Positions 1 through 13,470 of a DNA stretch of 64,000 bases are shown one piece after another (position 1 is the stretch's first letter; every line of letters starts with the position of its first letter). The notes under the pieces were generated by a model. That model made no database searches. It had not been told where the DNA came from and was given only the letters and a program-made list of their open reading frames with translations. Both the position numbers and the translations under genes were made by a program. Origin of the DNA: Octopus sinensis (taxonomy: Eukaryota); the NCBI RefSeq assembly GCF_006345805.1, contig NC_043010.1, positions 31,124,001 to 31,188,000 of the forward strand. The letters are read 5' to 3'.

Positions 1-313
1 TTACATCGACCCCATTTCTCAGTTGATGGTTATTTTATCGTCCTTGTAAAGATGAAAAGCAGAATTTTAATGTAAAGCTGCAAGAAAACTACTAAGCATT
101 TTGTCCTGTGTGCTAACGATTCTACCAGCTCGCCGCCTTGGAAAGTCGCAATGTTAAAAAGTCCATCCCAGAAACAACGAAACGCTTGAAACAGATTCGA
201 ATCCACACACTCGGAGATAATGGTGCCCTATCATATCCACTGGGCTATTTCGTCTCTAGTGTACTTGATAAATGCTATATTTCATTGGAGGATATTATCA
301 CATTAAAAATGTT

Positions 314-709
314 GGATTTTTTCGGTTTGAACGGCAGTTTTTTCTAGCGGTGTCATATGAAATTGTCACCCATAATTATGACCCTAGTATCGATCTATTG
401 CATTTCAATCTGGGTTAGGGTTAGGGTGGGGGGAAGGGTATCTTTTTTCTTCACAAATGTAAATAAACCCAATCTGTTTTTCATACGGCACAGAATGTTT
501 TTTTTTTTACCTCAATGGACGTCATCGATTGGTTGAAATTGCAGAAATTGTAGAAAAAAAAACAACAAATATCTTACAAACTATAGAATTTTCTCAATAA
601 AACCAAGAGAAAAAATGTTTCATAAACACATTCTACCAGTATACGAAGTTTAAATTGTTTAGTTACCTAGAAATTATGTTAAAAACTGCCATTCAAACCG
701 AAAAGATCC
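314..709. mobile_element. Merlin-like MITE
   Basis: TIRs GGATTTTTTCGGTTTGAACGGCAGTTTTT / AAAAACTGCCATTCAAACCGAAAAGATCC; 8-bp TSD AAAATGTT at 306-313 and 710-717. Confidence 0.85.
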
Positions 710-1268
710 AAAATGTTTTCAAGAACCACTCAACTGAATTCAATGGCCTCAACCAAAACTTAAAACCCTTATTGTGTCGCATACTCTATGGCTGCCATTG
801 ACCGACGAAGATTAATGGTGCTAAAAACAATTGATCCAACTTCTGTCCTTGATAGATGTATCATAATACGTCATGAGATCAAACCCTAGTGTAAACAACA
901 TGCGATAGTTTTAAGCAAGACATTCAGGTTAGCTTCCCCATTGGTTACAAGAAGTGAAAGTACAATATATAACAATTCTTATTGCATCGATTTTGTGATA
1001 CCTTAATTTACAACTTTATGTGACGTATTTCCAACCAAATTGATTTTAGCCGAAATTTAACCAATATCTACTATTTATTCACACACAAATAGACATCTGT
1101 CGGAAAGTGGTATTGTTTTCAATACCACTATAAGGATTAGGATCAATTTCTTTTTTTTTTTATCATTCTAAGAACTGAAGACTAAATTACAAGAGTCTGG
1201 ACATGAAGATGAAATAAGCCTTCTAGGGCGAAATAAATTGATGAAATGACGATTTATACAAAACTTAC

Positions 1269-1450
1269 CTGAGAGGAGAACTGGTCAGCTTCCAAATTCA
1301 ACGCTAAATAGTCTCACAAACTCCGAAGAAGAAAAAGAAACGGCGTCGACGGTTGAAAACTTTACAGTTAATGACAATGGAACACCACAAGTGCAACAAA
1401 TAGTTGACAGGGCTTTTAACGAAGTTTGGGTTTCAAATGAAATCATTATT
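1269..1450 (-). other. Possible non-coding first exon of a gene running off the left end of the window
   Basis: Consensus donor CTCTCAG|GTAAGT at 1269/1268 in CpG-retaining sequence. No coding partner was seen. Confidence 0.3.
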
Positions 1451-1546
1451 AAATCGGGCGTTTTAACTCCATTTTTTTTTGTTGGCACATTATTTTTTCA
1501 ATTTGGAAATTGTAGGTTTGGATGTATGTGTGTGTAATAAAAATGC

Positions 1547-1623
<77 letters not shown>
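1547..1623. repeat. (TA)n microsatellite; similar tracts occur throughout the window (e.g. 9310, 9620, 23980, 54510, 63905)
   Basis: Perfect TA dinucleotide run. Confidence 0.98.
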
Positions 1624-1625
<2 letters not shown>

Positions 1626-1626
1626 T

Positions 1627-2600
1627 ACACGAACCCCCGGGAAAGCCCTCCATCCCCCACCCAAAAACAACCACCCTTAAAAAATTTTTTTCGACCCCCC
1701 CCCCTCCTTTTCGGCTACGGGAATACGAATCTGAAAAAAAATTCCAAAAATTTTTGTAAAATTCTTTTTTAAGAATTTATTTTTTTCTAAATATGCAGAA
1801 AAATACGAACATTATGATTCGGACAAAAATTTCAAAACATTTCCGTACTGACGGTTACGGTTAGGGTTAGGGTTAAGGTTTTAGGGTTAATGTTGAGGAA
1901 AAAGTAAAATTGAAGAAGTTGGGGGGAGGGAAGGGGGAGGGCGAAAATTTCACAATACCGATTTTTGGTAATTTTCCGAAACCTCCGTATCCGAAAAACG
2001 GGGATTTTTGGCAAAAAATTTTTTTTAATAAACAAATTGGGGAGAAAATGGGGGTCGGGGACAGGCAGAAGTCTTTCTAATCCCTCTTTTTGGCTATGGA
2101 GAATATGAATCTGGAAAAAAATCGGCAAAAATCGTCATTTTGAAATTTACGTCCACCCACCCTCACCACCACCAATTTCTTCATTTTTTACTTTTTTTCA
2201 GAAATTAAAAAAAAAAAATCCGGAAAAATACAGAGATCATGATTCTGAAAAAAATTGCCAAAAATTTTTGTAAAATTTCAATTTTAAAAAAAAATTACCC
2301 CTCCACCTCCCCTCGCAGTCTACGGATACTTTTTTCAGAATTTTTTTTTTCAAAATATGTGGAAAAATACGAAGATTATAATCTTATTCATAATCTCTGT
2401 ATTTTTCCACATATTTTGAAAAAAAAAATTTCTGCAAAACGTCAAAAATGAAGAAATTGTGGGGGAGGGGAGAGCGAAATTTTAAAATGCCGATTTTAGG
2501 CAATTTTCTTGAATCTCCATATCCGAAAATGGGAGTTTTGGGAAAAAAAAAATGGCGGTGGGGGGACGGGCGGAAGTCTTTCCCAAAACGGCAAAACTCT
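1627..2600. repeat. Degenerate inverted (foldback-like) array with G/C runs
   Basis: A unit TTTTCGG(A/C)TA(T/C)GGAGA..GAAAAAATTGCCAAAAAT recurs in alternating orientation, and there is a ~40-bp-arm hairpin at 2341-2428. Confidence 0.65.
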
Positions 2601-2862
2601 CCACTGAACAGGAACATGAAACTCTGAGTAACAGTTTTTGTATTTCTGCTACTTTTAATAAAGCATATTACTCTACCTCTGGTTTTTGAGTACTCTTTTT
2701 TCAACCTTGTTTCACATTTATGTGCTTACTCCAGTATATATATATGATTGTTACATAGAATCAGCATAACATAGTATTGTTCAACACGTTCATTAATAGT
2801 GGTTTCAAATTCATGTACACAGGATTTTATATATCTCTTGCTTGTGTGTGTGTGTATATATA

Positions 2863-4125
2863 CAGGGTGTAATGGGTAATTTGTCGCCATTTTATATTTT
2901 TAACTTCATGCATGTGCATTGTTTGTTTTTGATTATGTCAACTACACAGTATAGTACGGTCAGTTGGGCACCATTTGTGAAAAAAACAACACCATGATGC
3001 AATTCACTCTGCTAGAAATTTGGAAACAACCTGCTGTACTGCTTGGCATTCACAATGGAAGCTCCAATATGAATATTTCTGATTGAGTGTCAATCTGAGG
3101 ACAGTGCAGAGGATTCAGAAAGAGTTGGATGAGTTTAATGGTGATTACAAAGGTATGACAGCTCGCAGAACTCACTCTGATCGTTCTCATAAGAAAAGAA
3201 CTCCTGAATTTGTTGGTGAGAGCCAGGCCATGATTGACAACGATCTCACCAAGTCAATCAGGTCCATCACCAGGGATATGAGAGTGTCTGAGTTATCAGG
3301 CAGGTAGTGCATGAAGACATTTGGTATTCCTCATACAAGATGAGAAAGGGACAATTTTTATCCCAAGTCATCAAGGACAAGAGGAAAGACTGTGCTACAA
3401 AGTTTTTGAACAAACTCAAGCATCTCCTCCAACTGAACATGCTGTGGTTTTGCCCAGGCAAGAAAAATTTCTGCCAGGATCAGATGCAGAACACATAGAA
3501 CAACTGTTGACTTACAATATCCCCAAATCATGTGCCAAGAGTGATAAAAATCAAACATCCAGTCAACATCATGGTGTTTGGAGTGATCACTAGTGGTGAC
3601 AACATTATTCCTCCGTTCATCTTCCCATATGGCCTCAGACTCAACACAGAGGCCTACATCAATGCCCGGAGGAAGTAGTGCTATGCTGGATCAAGAGGGT
3701 GGCTGCTGGAAGACCCTATATCTGGCAACAGGACTCTGCACCATGCCACACAAGCAGGAGAACCCAGTGATGGCTGTCAGATAATTTCTGTGACCACGTC
3801 ACCCCTAACATCTGGCCACCTAACTCTCCAGACTGTAACCACTTTGATTATTATGTGTGCGGCGCAGTTGAGTGAGAGAACTGAAGGCAAGGATTATGGC
3901 AGCATTCACCAACTTAAACAACAAGACTGTCCAGAAATGTTGCAGGAGATTCCAAAGTCATCTGGAGATTGTGGTTGAAGCCAATGGCGATTTTATTGAA
4001 TAAATTTACTCTTTAGTATTTCAAGATATTTTAATGTAATTTTGTAAATATATCTGTTAAAATGAGATGTCAGCGTTATTTTATTTTGTATGTAAATTAG
4101 ATGACAATTTATTCACTGCACCCTG
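2863..4125 (+). mobile_element. Tc1/mariner element (probably DD37D/maT type), decayed
   Basis: CAGGGTG...CACCCTG termini with TA TSDs. Transposase remnants include KHPVNIMVFGVITS, WQQDSAPCHTS and NIWPPNSPDCNHFDY. Confidence 0.9.
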
Positions 4126-5466
4126 TATATATATAAAATATATAAAAATCCTTTGTACATGCCATTGAAAAAGCCCAAGAAGGTCAAAATGTATCTGGCA
4201 TCCTCACTAGATGATTCTGTGATGAATTTTCATCTCCATCTGATATTTATTGTGTTTTAAACACACTATGTACATAAAAGATGTTATCTCAGGAAAATAA
4301 TGCAGTATGTGGCTTATCAACAGTGCGTAGAGACGAAGTATGATACAAAGATGGCTAATTTAATTAAATACTGCTTCTGTTGCATTTATTGGATTTTTAA
4401 TCAGCAGGATGGCTGTTTGTAACATCAGTAAATGTTTTATTCACCGTTTCTTATATAAAAAAATTATGAATTCTCATCCAAGAACGTGACTTGCTGCAAG
4501 TACATACCATTGAAAAAGTCCCAAAATGCTTAAATGTATCTATTGTTCTCACTAGTCACTGCTGGGATGAACTGTCATCTAACCTCTTAAATTTATTGTT
4601 TTTAGCACAGTAAGTCTATGAGAAATGTTATTTCAGGACAAATACTGAAGTGACAGGCCTATTAACCTCGTAGTGCCAGTGACATGAAAAAAAGCACTTA
4701 GTACATGCTGTAAAGTGGTTGGCATTAGGAAGGATATCCAGCCTAATAAACAATGCCAAAACAGGCACTGGAGCACAATACAATCCTTGGAACATGGACA
4801 TTAAAGATGATGATGATGAGTACGTGTGTGTGTGTGTGTGTGTATAAACATTTAATCAATAATTACTAGTCCAACAACATATATTTTGTTTTTCCTATGA
4901 CACTTTGGGAACTCTTGAATGGTTATGAACTAATTATTATGGATTAAATATTTATTCAGGCTTATTTTTGAGTTCTTTATTCTAAGTTGCCGGACATAAC
5001 TTCTTTGAACTTGTCACCCTCTTGCTTACCTGTTTGTTCATTAGATACATGTATTTATCTCTCACTCTCTCTATATATATACATATATATATGTTCATTC
5101 ATTTAACAGCCATTTTTCCATGCTGGCATGAGTTTCAGCAGGATTTAATTGAGGTAGGATTTTACAACCAGACAGTAATTTTGTTGGCAACCTTACCTGC
5201 TTTTCAAGTAAAGGAATGTTGATATTACCTTACTTTGTGTGCTCACAGACACACACACACACATGCACATACGCATGCACGCACACACACACACACACAC
5301 ACACTTCAAATGACAATAATTTTGCAAAACTTTCCAAATATTATATTTACTTGCATATAGCAATGTTGAAATAAAGAATCTGCAGAGATCATGCAAGCCT
5401 TCAATTTTGTAATTTTCTTCTTATAAGAATATAATATCTGAAATATCAAGAGTAATTCCACATTAT

Positions 5467-6302
5467 AGGTGCAGGCATGACTATAAGGTTAAGAAGCTTA
5501 CTTTGCAACCATGTGATTTCAAGTTCAGTCCCAGAGTGCGACACCATGGGCCAGTATCTTCTACTATAGCCCTGGGTCAACAAATGCCTTGTAAGTGAAT
5601 TTGGTTCAATGGAAATTGTGTGGAAGTCCATTCTGTTTGAGTGTGTATGTGTGTCTTTCTATTCATGCGTGTATCCCACTCCACTACTTGACAACTGGTG
5701 CTTATTTCTTTACATTATAGTGACATAGTGGTTCAGAAAAAGAGACCAATAAAATAAGTACAAGTCTTAAAAAAATAAGTACTGATGTTGATCTGCTTGA
5801 CTAAATCCTGCCAGGTGCTACCCCAGCATGGCTGCAGTCCAATGATTGAAACAAACAAGAGTAAAAGATTAAAGCAGGTATTATAGGGTTAACTTACACA
5901 AAACATGATTTATAGGTGTTACAAGCAACTATGAATCCTAAAGGGACTAACACATTGATGGACCATTATCTTTTATCTCTTGTTTCAGTCATTAGAATGT
6001 AGCCATGCAGGGGTACCACCTTGAAAGATTTTTGCTGAACAAATCAACTCCAGTCCTTATTTTTAAACCTGAGACTTATTGCTGAACCACAAAGTTATGC
6101 AAACATAAACAAACCATACTGGTTGCCAAGTGGTTGTGAGGGACAAACACAAACACACACACATATAATCAATGACTTCATTCAGTTTCCATCTACCAAG
6201 ACTACTCAAAGGCTTTGGTCAGTCTTGCTCAAGGTGCCATGCGGTGGGACTAAACCTAGAACCATGTGTTTGGGAAGTGAACTTCTTACCAGACAGCCAC
6301 TA
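5467..6302. mobile_element. Two copies of the 28068-type SINE, tail to tail (5467-5866 plus, 5970-6302 minus)
   Basis: Head, body and tail segments match 28068-28480. Confidence 0.8.
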
Positions 6303-6330
6303 GGTTTTAATGACAAGTATTCGAGTTATT

Positions 6331-6690
6331 CATCATCATCATCATCATCATCGTTTAATGTCCGTTTTCCATGCTAGCATGGGTTGGACAGTTCAACTGG
6401 GGTCTGGGAAGCCAGTAGGCTGCGCCAGGCTCCAGTCTGATCTGGCAGTGTTTCTACAGCTGAATGCCCTTCCTAACGCCAACCACTCCGTGAGTGTAGT
6501 GGGTGCTTTTTACGTGCCACCTGCACAGGTGCTAGACGAGGCTGGCAAATGTCCACGATCAGATGGTGCTTTTTACATGCCGCCGGCATGGAGGCCAGTT
6601 GGGGCGGCGCTGGCAACGGCCACGTTCGGATGGTTCTCTTATGTGCCATCGGCACTGGTATCACAGCTACAATTTCCATTGATTGGCTGA
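6331..6690 (-). mobile_element. (GAT)n-tailed SINE-like repeat (GTTGGCGTTAGGAAGGGCATCCAGC family)
   Basis: (CAT)n then GTTTAA/GCGTCCGCTTTCCATGCTAGCATGGG and internal GTGCCACCGGCAC repeats. Confidence 0.85.
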
Positions 6691-7282
6691 AATACCTCCT
6701 CATTGTATTACAGTGTTAATAGTTGAGTATTTCTCAGGCACTTTGTACCTTTTCCAAAACTGAGAACAGTGTGGGGTGACAAATCTGTAGTGTCTCTAAA
6801 TTATAGATACAGTGTTGTCAGACTGACTTCCACACAGTTTCTGCCAACCAAATATCCCTTACAAGGAAAACGAGATCTGAGATTTATGATGATGCTGTGC
6901 AGTGGGCTATAAAGATTATAAACCAGCTTCTTAAGATCCAATCATGTTTGTGGTTAGAATTGTTGTTAACCCTAACCAAGCTGGCCTATAATCAAAGGTG
7001 TTCCATTAGTGACCATCCTGTTTCATTTTCGGGCATAATGTATTGAAAACTACCTTATCCAATGTATTCTACTTTGTTAAATCTTTTAATGATTGTAGTT
7101 CTTTTGAAATACACATTTGTTTCTATTAATTTGAAAACAACGAAGAGTTAAGTAAATTAACTTTGTCATTATTTTAAAGCTGGTATTTAGAACAATAATC
7201 AACATGAAATTTTAATTTAGATGACTTTAATTACAGGAAGTTTGCACAGTGCAACATGAGTGATCTCATGTGGGGGTTTTTT

Positions 7283-7620
7283 TTCAATTCAATTCAATTC
7301 AATTTTTATTGGCTCAAAAAACAAAAGCAAGGCCATGTAGGGGGACAGGAAGTTATGTACAGGGAGGGTGGTCATACAAAGAGTTCAGGCCATTTCTGGT
7401 CAAGAGAGACTTTGAACCGAGCGGTCGTCGGCATCTTCACTATCTCATCCGGCAGCTTATTCCACGGATCCACAACCCGGACAGAGAAAGTCCCTCTCCT
7501 TCGATTGAGATGAAATCATCGTAGATAGAGCTTTTCGGAGTGACCCCGCAGCCCATACTCTGGAACAGGAGTGAAGAACAGCTCTTTCGAGAGGTTACAC
7601 TTTCCGCTTATGAAAGTGTT
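7283..7620 (-). mobile_element. CR1-type LINE 3' fragment
   Basis: Minus strand LRGHSEKLYLRRFHLNRRRGTFSVRVVDPWNKLP..FKVSLD, then an (ATTGA)n tail. Confidence 0.85.
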
Positions 7621-8741
7621 GGTATCAAGAGCTTAAAACTGTACAATGTGATTTGAGGTAAGTTTGGCTGCTATTTCTAGATATAATAATACTGTGTGGA
7701 TTAGTTAGAGAGCCTACCCCACAATCCACCTGACTTCTGAGAGAAGTGTGGGGAGAAAGAAACTAGAGCCTTGGTTTGAACTCTTGCAGTAAAGTAAAGT
7801 CTGCTAAAGACCCAGGTAGTGGTAGTGAATTGGGCACTGAATAAAGTTTATGTAGCTGAATATTACAAGTTTGTTGGGTTTACTAATGTGATTTACATTT
7901 AGGAAAACATATAACAGCTTTTACTGTAAACTTGCTATTTGCAGTAAATATTAAATAAAATTGCTGACAAATTGTGAACTGTGAAAGGGTTAACTCAGTA
8001 TGTTTCTGACAGCTAGATTTTCAGTTTTAGAACAGTTATTACATGTTGTAACCATTAATCATTACAACCAGTTGCTGTGGAGCTTGAAAGGGTTAATATA
8101 AATTACGCAAACAGTTACAATTAGAATAATTACATATAGTAGCCTTTATGAAGCACAAACTGTAACTGTGGGGTGTAACAGACTAAAGGGAGTTTTATTT
8201 TATTTTGTTTTTGCAAGAATAAATATAACAACAATAAGAAAGTTGAGAACACAAAATAATGGAATGATAACAATAAGACAATTATATTTTTTTAAAAGAT
8301 TTTAATTTTGTATAAGACAGAATCTATTGGGAATAAAACAAGGCAGGTTTGAAGGTTCTTAATGGAAATTGTTTTTATCCGTTTTTGTGCTTCTTCAGAC
8401 ATTTGGCACTGGAGAATGGCTATGTGCTTCTTTGGTATTTGCTGTTGTTTAAAAGTATTTTTTTTAGATGTTGATAAGAAAATAATTGTAACCAATATGT
8501 GGGGGTGTTTGGATGATTTTGGTGAGACATGTAATACTTAGATGCAACATCGTAGTGCTGCTTTCAAGTCAAAGACATGTGGAGCTCCAATATTGGGCCC
8601 ATAGACATTGGTGGTGAAACATCTTAGAACCTCCATATCATCCTCTGGTGTTTTGGCTCCCATTAAACATGTGGGGACTATAGAGACTGTTTTAATACTG
8701 TTCATATACAAATATATATATATATAGACATATATATATGC

Positions 8742-8786
<45 letters not shown>

Positions 8787-9013
8787 ATCATCAACAGATG
8801 AGATCCAGAGATGCTCAATATAGAAAACACTTCATAGCACTTTAATGATTTCAGCTTACACTCTGAAATCTTTACTGAGGACCATGTCAACAGGGTAAAG
8901 AGTGGCTATAATAGGAATCCAGGTGAGCACATATGGAAATAATGGATGCAAATAAACAAATAAAGCTGCTTGGGTACAGTAAAACACAAGCATTTTTATT
9001 TGTTTATCTTCAT

Positions 9014-9048
<35 letters not shown>

Positions 9049-9317
9049 TATATATCTACAAATTATATACGTTATTATTATTATTTTTTGCAATTTACTG
9101 AATCATTAACATTTTATTGTTATTTTAATGTTAATATTTCTATTATATGTAATTTTCTAGATGGTGTAATTTAACTGTTCATTTTGAATTGATAAAAGGT
9201 GTTTTTTTTTCTAATTTTTTATAAATATATTATATTGTGTGAAATTTGATTTAGTATTTCTAAATTGAAATTTTTTCCTTGTAAGTTTTGGATTTTATTC
9301 CCTTAAATAATAAAAAT

Positions 9318-9354
<37 letters not shown>

Positions 9355-9614
9355 GTGTAATGCTTGTATGTATGTATGTATGTATGTACATATGTATCTA
9401 TATATATCTATATCTATCTATCTATATATATATATAAGTTAAAGCTTGTTTATATGTCAAGTTATATATGACAATATTAAACTGGAAGGAATACTCAATA
9501 GTTTTTACGGGAGGATATACACATATTTATTAACTTTTATAAGGGAAGGGTTAACAGTCAATCTTTTCCTAGTACAAGTTTATAAATATATACATGTGTG
9601 TGTATGTATGTATG

Positions 9615-9685
<71 letters not shown>

Positions 9686-11021
9686 GGGAGCTTAAGATTT
9701 AAGATTTGCTGTGCATAAGTTAAAATATGTAGTGTTTGACCTTGTGTGCTGATACAACATTATTGTTGCTTTTGTTGATTTATATGGGATGAATATATAA
9801 ACATTATGTATTGGTTTTGAAATATTTGATAAGTGACTGAGTGTTAGAGATATTCTGTGAAGTGTATGTCATGTATATCTCGTACGTTACAGTTGATACT
9901 TGGGAATGGGGACCTATAAATTTTGTAGTTTATTTTCTTCATTCATATTGTCAATAGATGGACTTAGACGATTTGGCCAAGCTGACTGGACATTCAATCT
10001 GTTTTTGGCGATACAACTTTTTGGTGCTGGAGTCAAACACACACACGCACACATGCACATATTCGTGTTCAGAAATATACACATACAGGTAATGTGAAAG
10101 AGAGAAAAAGATTGATGTTATAATTTATTAATTGAACATGATTAACATAAACACTTTCCCTCTCCTCACACACACACACACACTCACAGAGCAATATGTT
10201 CACATACATAAACAGAGAGAGGTTGGGAGGAAGAGAACAAGAAAAAATGTTTGATGTTAAATAAGTCAGCATCCAATCAACAATGCCAAATAAGTGGTGC
10301 CAAAATGTCCCATACCCATCAGTGGACCATATAGAAACCCATGCATATTTTACTTGTGTTGTTGGGATAATAAAAAAAAGGGGAAGATCTGCAACATGTT
10401 GCACTCAAAAACCTAACTTGTAGTATGGGAGTACATATGTGTGGAAGTTAACATGTAGCATATAAATTTATTGGGGAGATTAGTGAGGAGACACATAGGA
10501 CTGTTTACTGTTAAAATATGTGATACCAACAGTAGGAGACCCATTTCATTACTCTAGATCTATGGTACCAATATCACTCAAGACCCCCACCAAATATCTG
10601 AAACATATAGGATACTGAGCACCCACATTAGACCTTTTCATATAACACCTGCATGTAGATCTTGATCAAATGGACCTCTTGCTATCAAAGCCATTGAAGC
10701 ACTGGGTATTTCCATGTCAAAGCTGTCAGAATGTCTTTAAACTATTTTGGATTATTTGAAACTAAGAAAGCAGGCTATTAGTACTACCATTAGTTGTCTA
10801 ATACGCATGTGTGTTTGTGTGTATGCATGTATGTATGTATGTCTATGTGTGTGTGTGTGTGTGTGATGTTTAAACAAAGAAAAATATGCTGATATAAAGA
10901 ATATATATAACAGAGAAAATGATTCTAACATTGCCCTCATATATTCTTGCACTCTGTCAACACATTTTGCTTAACACCTAATTTAACTAACAATAAATTT
11001 AATTTCATATATATGTATATG

Positions 11022-11906
11022 TATATTGAATCAAAAATTTTGCAATAATTTGGTAAGTTATTTGCTTTATTTGTCAAGTTACAACAAAAGCAGCCCAGCA
11101 TTCAAAGTCGAGACCATCGTGTCGCCCCTTCTGAAGCCACCTTTCTGCCGGTTCCTTGATCCCGTACTGATACCAGCTTTTGTCCTTCAAGCTGAAGAAC
11201 TCCTTCACTGAAGCTTCCACCTCCTCTTGGTTCATGAAACATTGCAGGTGCAGGAAGTGAGCCATGGATCAGAACAAGTAATACTCCAAGGTAGCTATTT
11301 TTCACAATCCTAACATGCATAAGCAGTGGCTAAGCAAGGGCCAGCTCTCAGAACCTGCTGTCAAACATGGACATTTCAAACACAAGGCGACACTGTTTGT
11401 CTGGTAGAATTATGAAAGGATAATTTACCAAGAGTTTGTTTCAAATCGTTGAACCATCGATATCAACCTGTACTCTGAACAGCTGCAGTGGATGTATGAC
11501 CTTGTGTAGCAAAAATACCTGACATTGTGAACAGACAGTAAGCACTTCTACAGCAATGCAAAACCTCATACTGCTTGAACAATCCAGAATAAACTCCAGG
11601 AAATTAAACTGTTCCACACTCAACATATAGTCTGGAGCAAGCTCTCTCGCATAATTACCTGTTCTAATCCAGGGTTCACTTCCTGCACTCATGATGTTTC
11701 ATCAACCAAGAGAAAGTGGAAGGAATACTTTGCCCAGAAGGACAAGGATTGGTATTGTCATGGGATCAAAGAAATGGCAGAAAGATGGCTTCAGATGGTG
11801 CAACACAATGGCCTCTACTTTGAATGTTAGACTGCTTTTGTTATAAGTGGATGAATACAGCAAATACGTTACCAAAATATTGCAAAACTTTTGACTAAAC
11901 ATTATA
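11022..11906 (+). mobile_element. Mariner derivative with an inverted duplicate 3' end
   Basis: Plus-strand transposase 3' half. The left ~280 bp is an inverted, diverged copy of the right end and reads as a mariner C-terminus (EEVEASVKEFF..WYQYGIKE..RW) on the minus strand. Confidence 0.75.
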
Positions 11907-13139
11907 TGTGTGTATATATATATATATAATATGAATTAATGAATGAATGACAAAGAATAGGAGTCATGTAATTACTTGCATTAGCTCACAGTTGTTTCTG
12001 CTATAAGAAGAAGTGCACACAGAGCAAAGTGTGGTTCTGAGGAAACTAATAGAATGCTGCACAAGCACTCAGCTTTGAGTGCACTGTTTCTTATAACAGA
12101 AAGGGTTGTTATTAATGAAGGTGATTACATGTTTATGTTCTCTTGTCCCTCATTAATTAAAATTATGCTATCGCATTCACATAATGCTTTACTCAAAAGC
12201 ACAAGTATATTGAGTTCTAACAACTGGTTATTAGTACTGCTATGTCTAAGCAGAATTATATATGTGTGTGTGTGTGTGTGTGTAAGGCTTCTGAGCTAAA
12301 GGATGTTTCTATAAAGGAAGTATCCATATGACATAAGCAGATATGAAAGAATACTGAAATAAAACTAAAGTCAATTGGACATCATTAAGAAACAAATAAC
12401 TATTACGTAGTATATATGATACCAATAACTTGGTTCTTACTGCAGAATCTACAAAGAAACTGTCAAAAGAAGTTTATAACGTGAGAGAGGGGTTTAAGTT
12501 GAAGTAAAGATAGCCAAGGCTATTTAATTGTAGCGACCACTAAGATATTTGTATCAGGATAAATGGTCATATTGAAAATGCAGGAAGAGAGTAGGCAGGA
12601 ACTTAATGTTTGCATTGGGGTCTGTTAACAGCATAAGACACAACAGACAATTGACTATTCAGATTGCTTGCTAGAAATAGCAATTAAATCTTGTTAACTG
12701 AGGAGACAAGGATTGCTGAAGTGATAGCAAAGTGGCTAAAATTTCAGAGGGACAGAGCTAAAAATGTTGAGGAAATTGCTACCAGGATTAATTATCAAAA
12801 AATTAAATTTGTGTATCCTATGCATTTTTTCCCTTGTTCATTAATTTCAAATTCAAATTTTTAATCCCCGCCATACATTATGAAGAAATGATTATTTCCC
12901 TAGTATTAACTGTCTACTAGGGGACACCACTTGTGACCACTATTGACATATAGGAATTTCTATCAATGCATGAAACACAAACCATGTGCTAAAATTCTGT
13001 GTATATCAGAAATGTGATGCTGTATGGTTGTGAAATGTAGGTAGTAAATGGAGATGGTCTGCAGCAATTGGACAGGAACAAATTAAGTATAGCACATTGG
13101 ATGTTCAGTAATAATGTGAAAATCAGCATAAGTGGAGCA

Positions 13140-13470
13140 AAATAAGAGAGTGAGAGAAGTGAAAGACAGATTGAGTGAAGTCAGCCAGTCTGAATGGAGT
13201 GAAAGACTGTGAGTGAAGTGAAAGACTGTAAGCGGAGAGAAAGACAGTGTTGAGTGAAGTGAAGAACAAACTGATTGAAGTGAAAGACAGTGCAAGTGGA
13301 GTGACAAGACATCGCTGAGTGGAATGAAAGATGGTATTAAGCAGAGTGAAAGACATTGTGAGTGGAGTGAAAAGATATTGTTGAGTAGAATGAAAGACAG
13401 TATTAAGTGGAGTGAAAGAGAGTGTGAGTGGAGTGAAAAGATATTGTAAATGGAATGGAAGACAGTGATT
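13140..13470. repeat. Degenerate GAGTGAAGTGAAAGACAGT-type minisatellite
   Basis: A GTGAAAGAC core recurs at irregular intervals of roughly 20-40 bp. Confidence 0.8.

Noticed and set aside
1855-1890. Telomere or interstitial telomere (also 414-428)
   Set aside because: Only 2-4 imperfect TTAGGG units, embedded in repeat elements.
9958-10088. Plus-strand exon candidate MDLDDLAKLTG.. with AG/GT ends
   Set aside because: It includes a (CA)n microsatellite, has no recognisable motif and has no partner exons.
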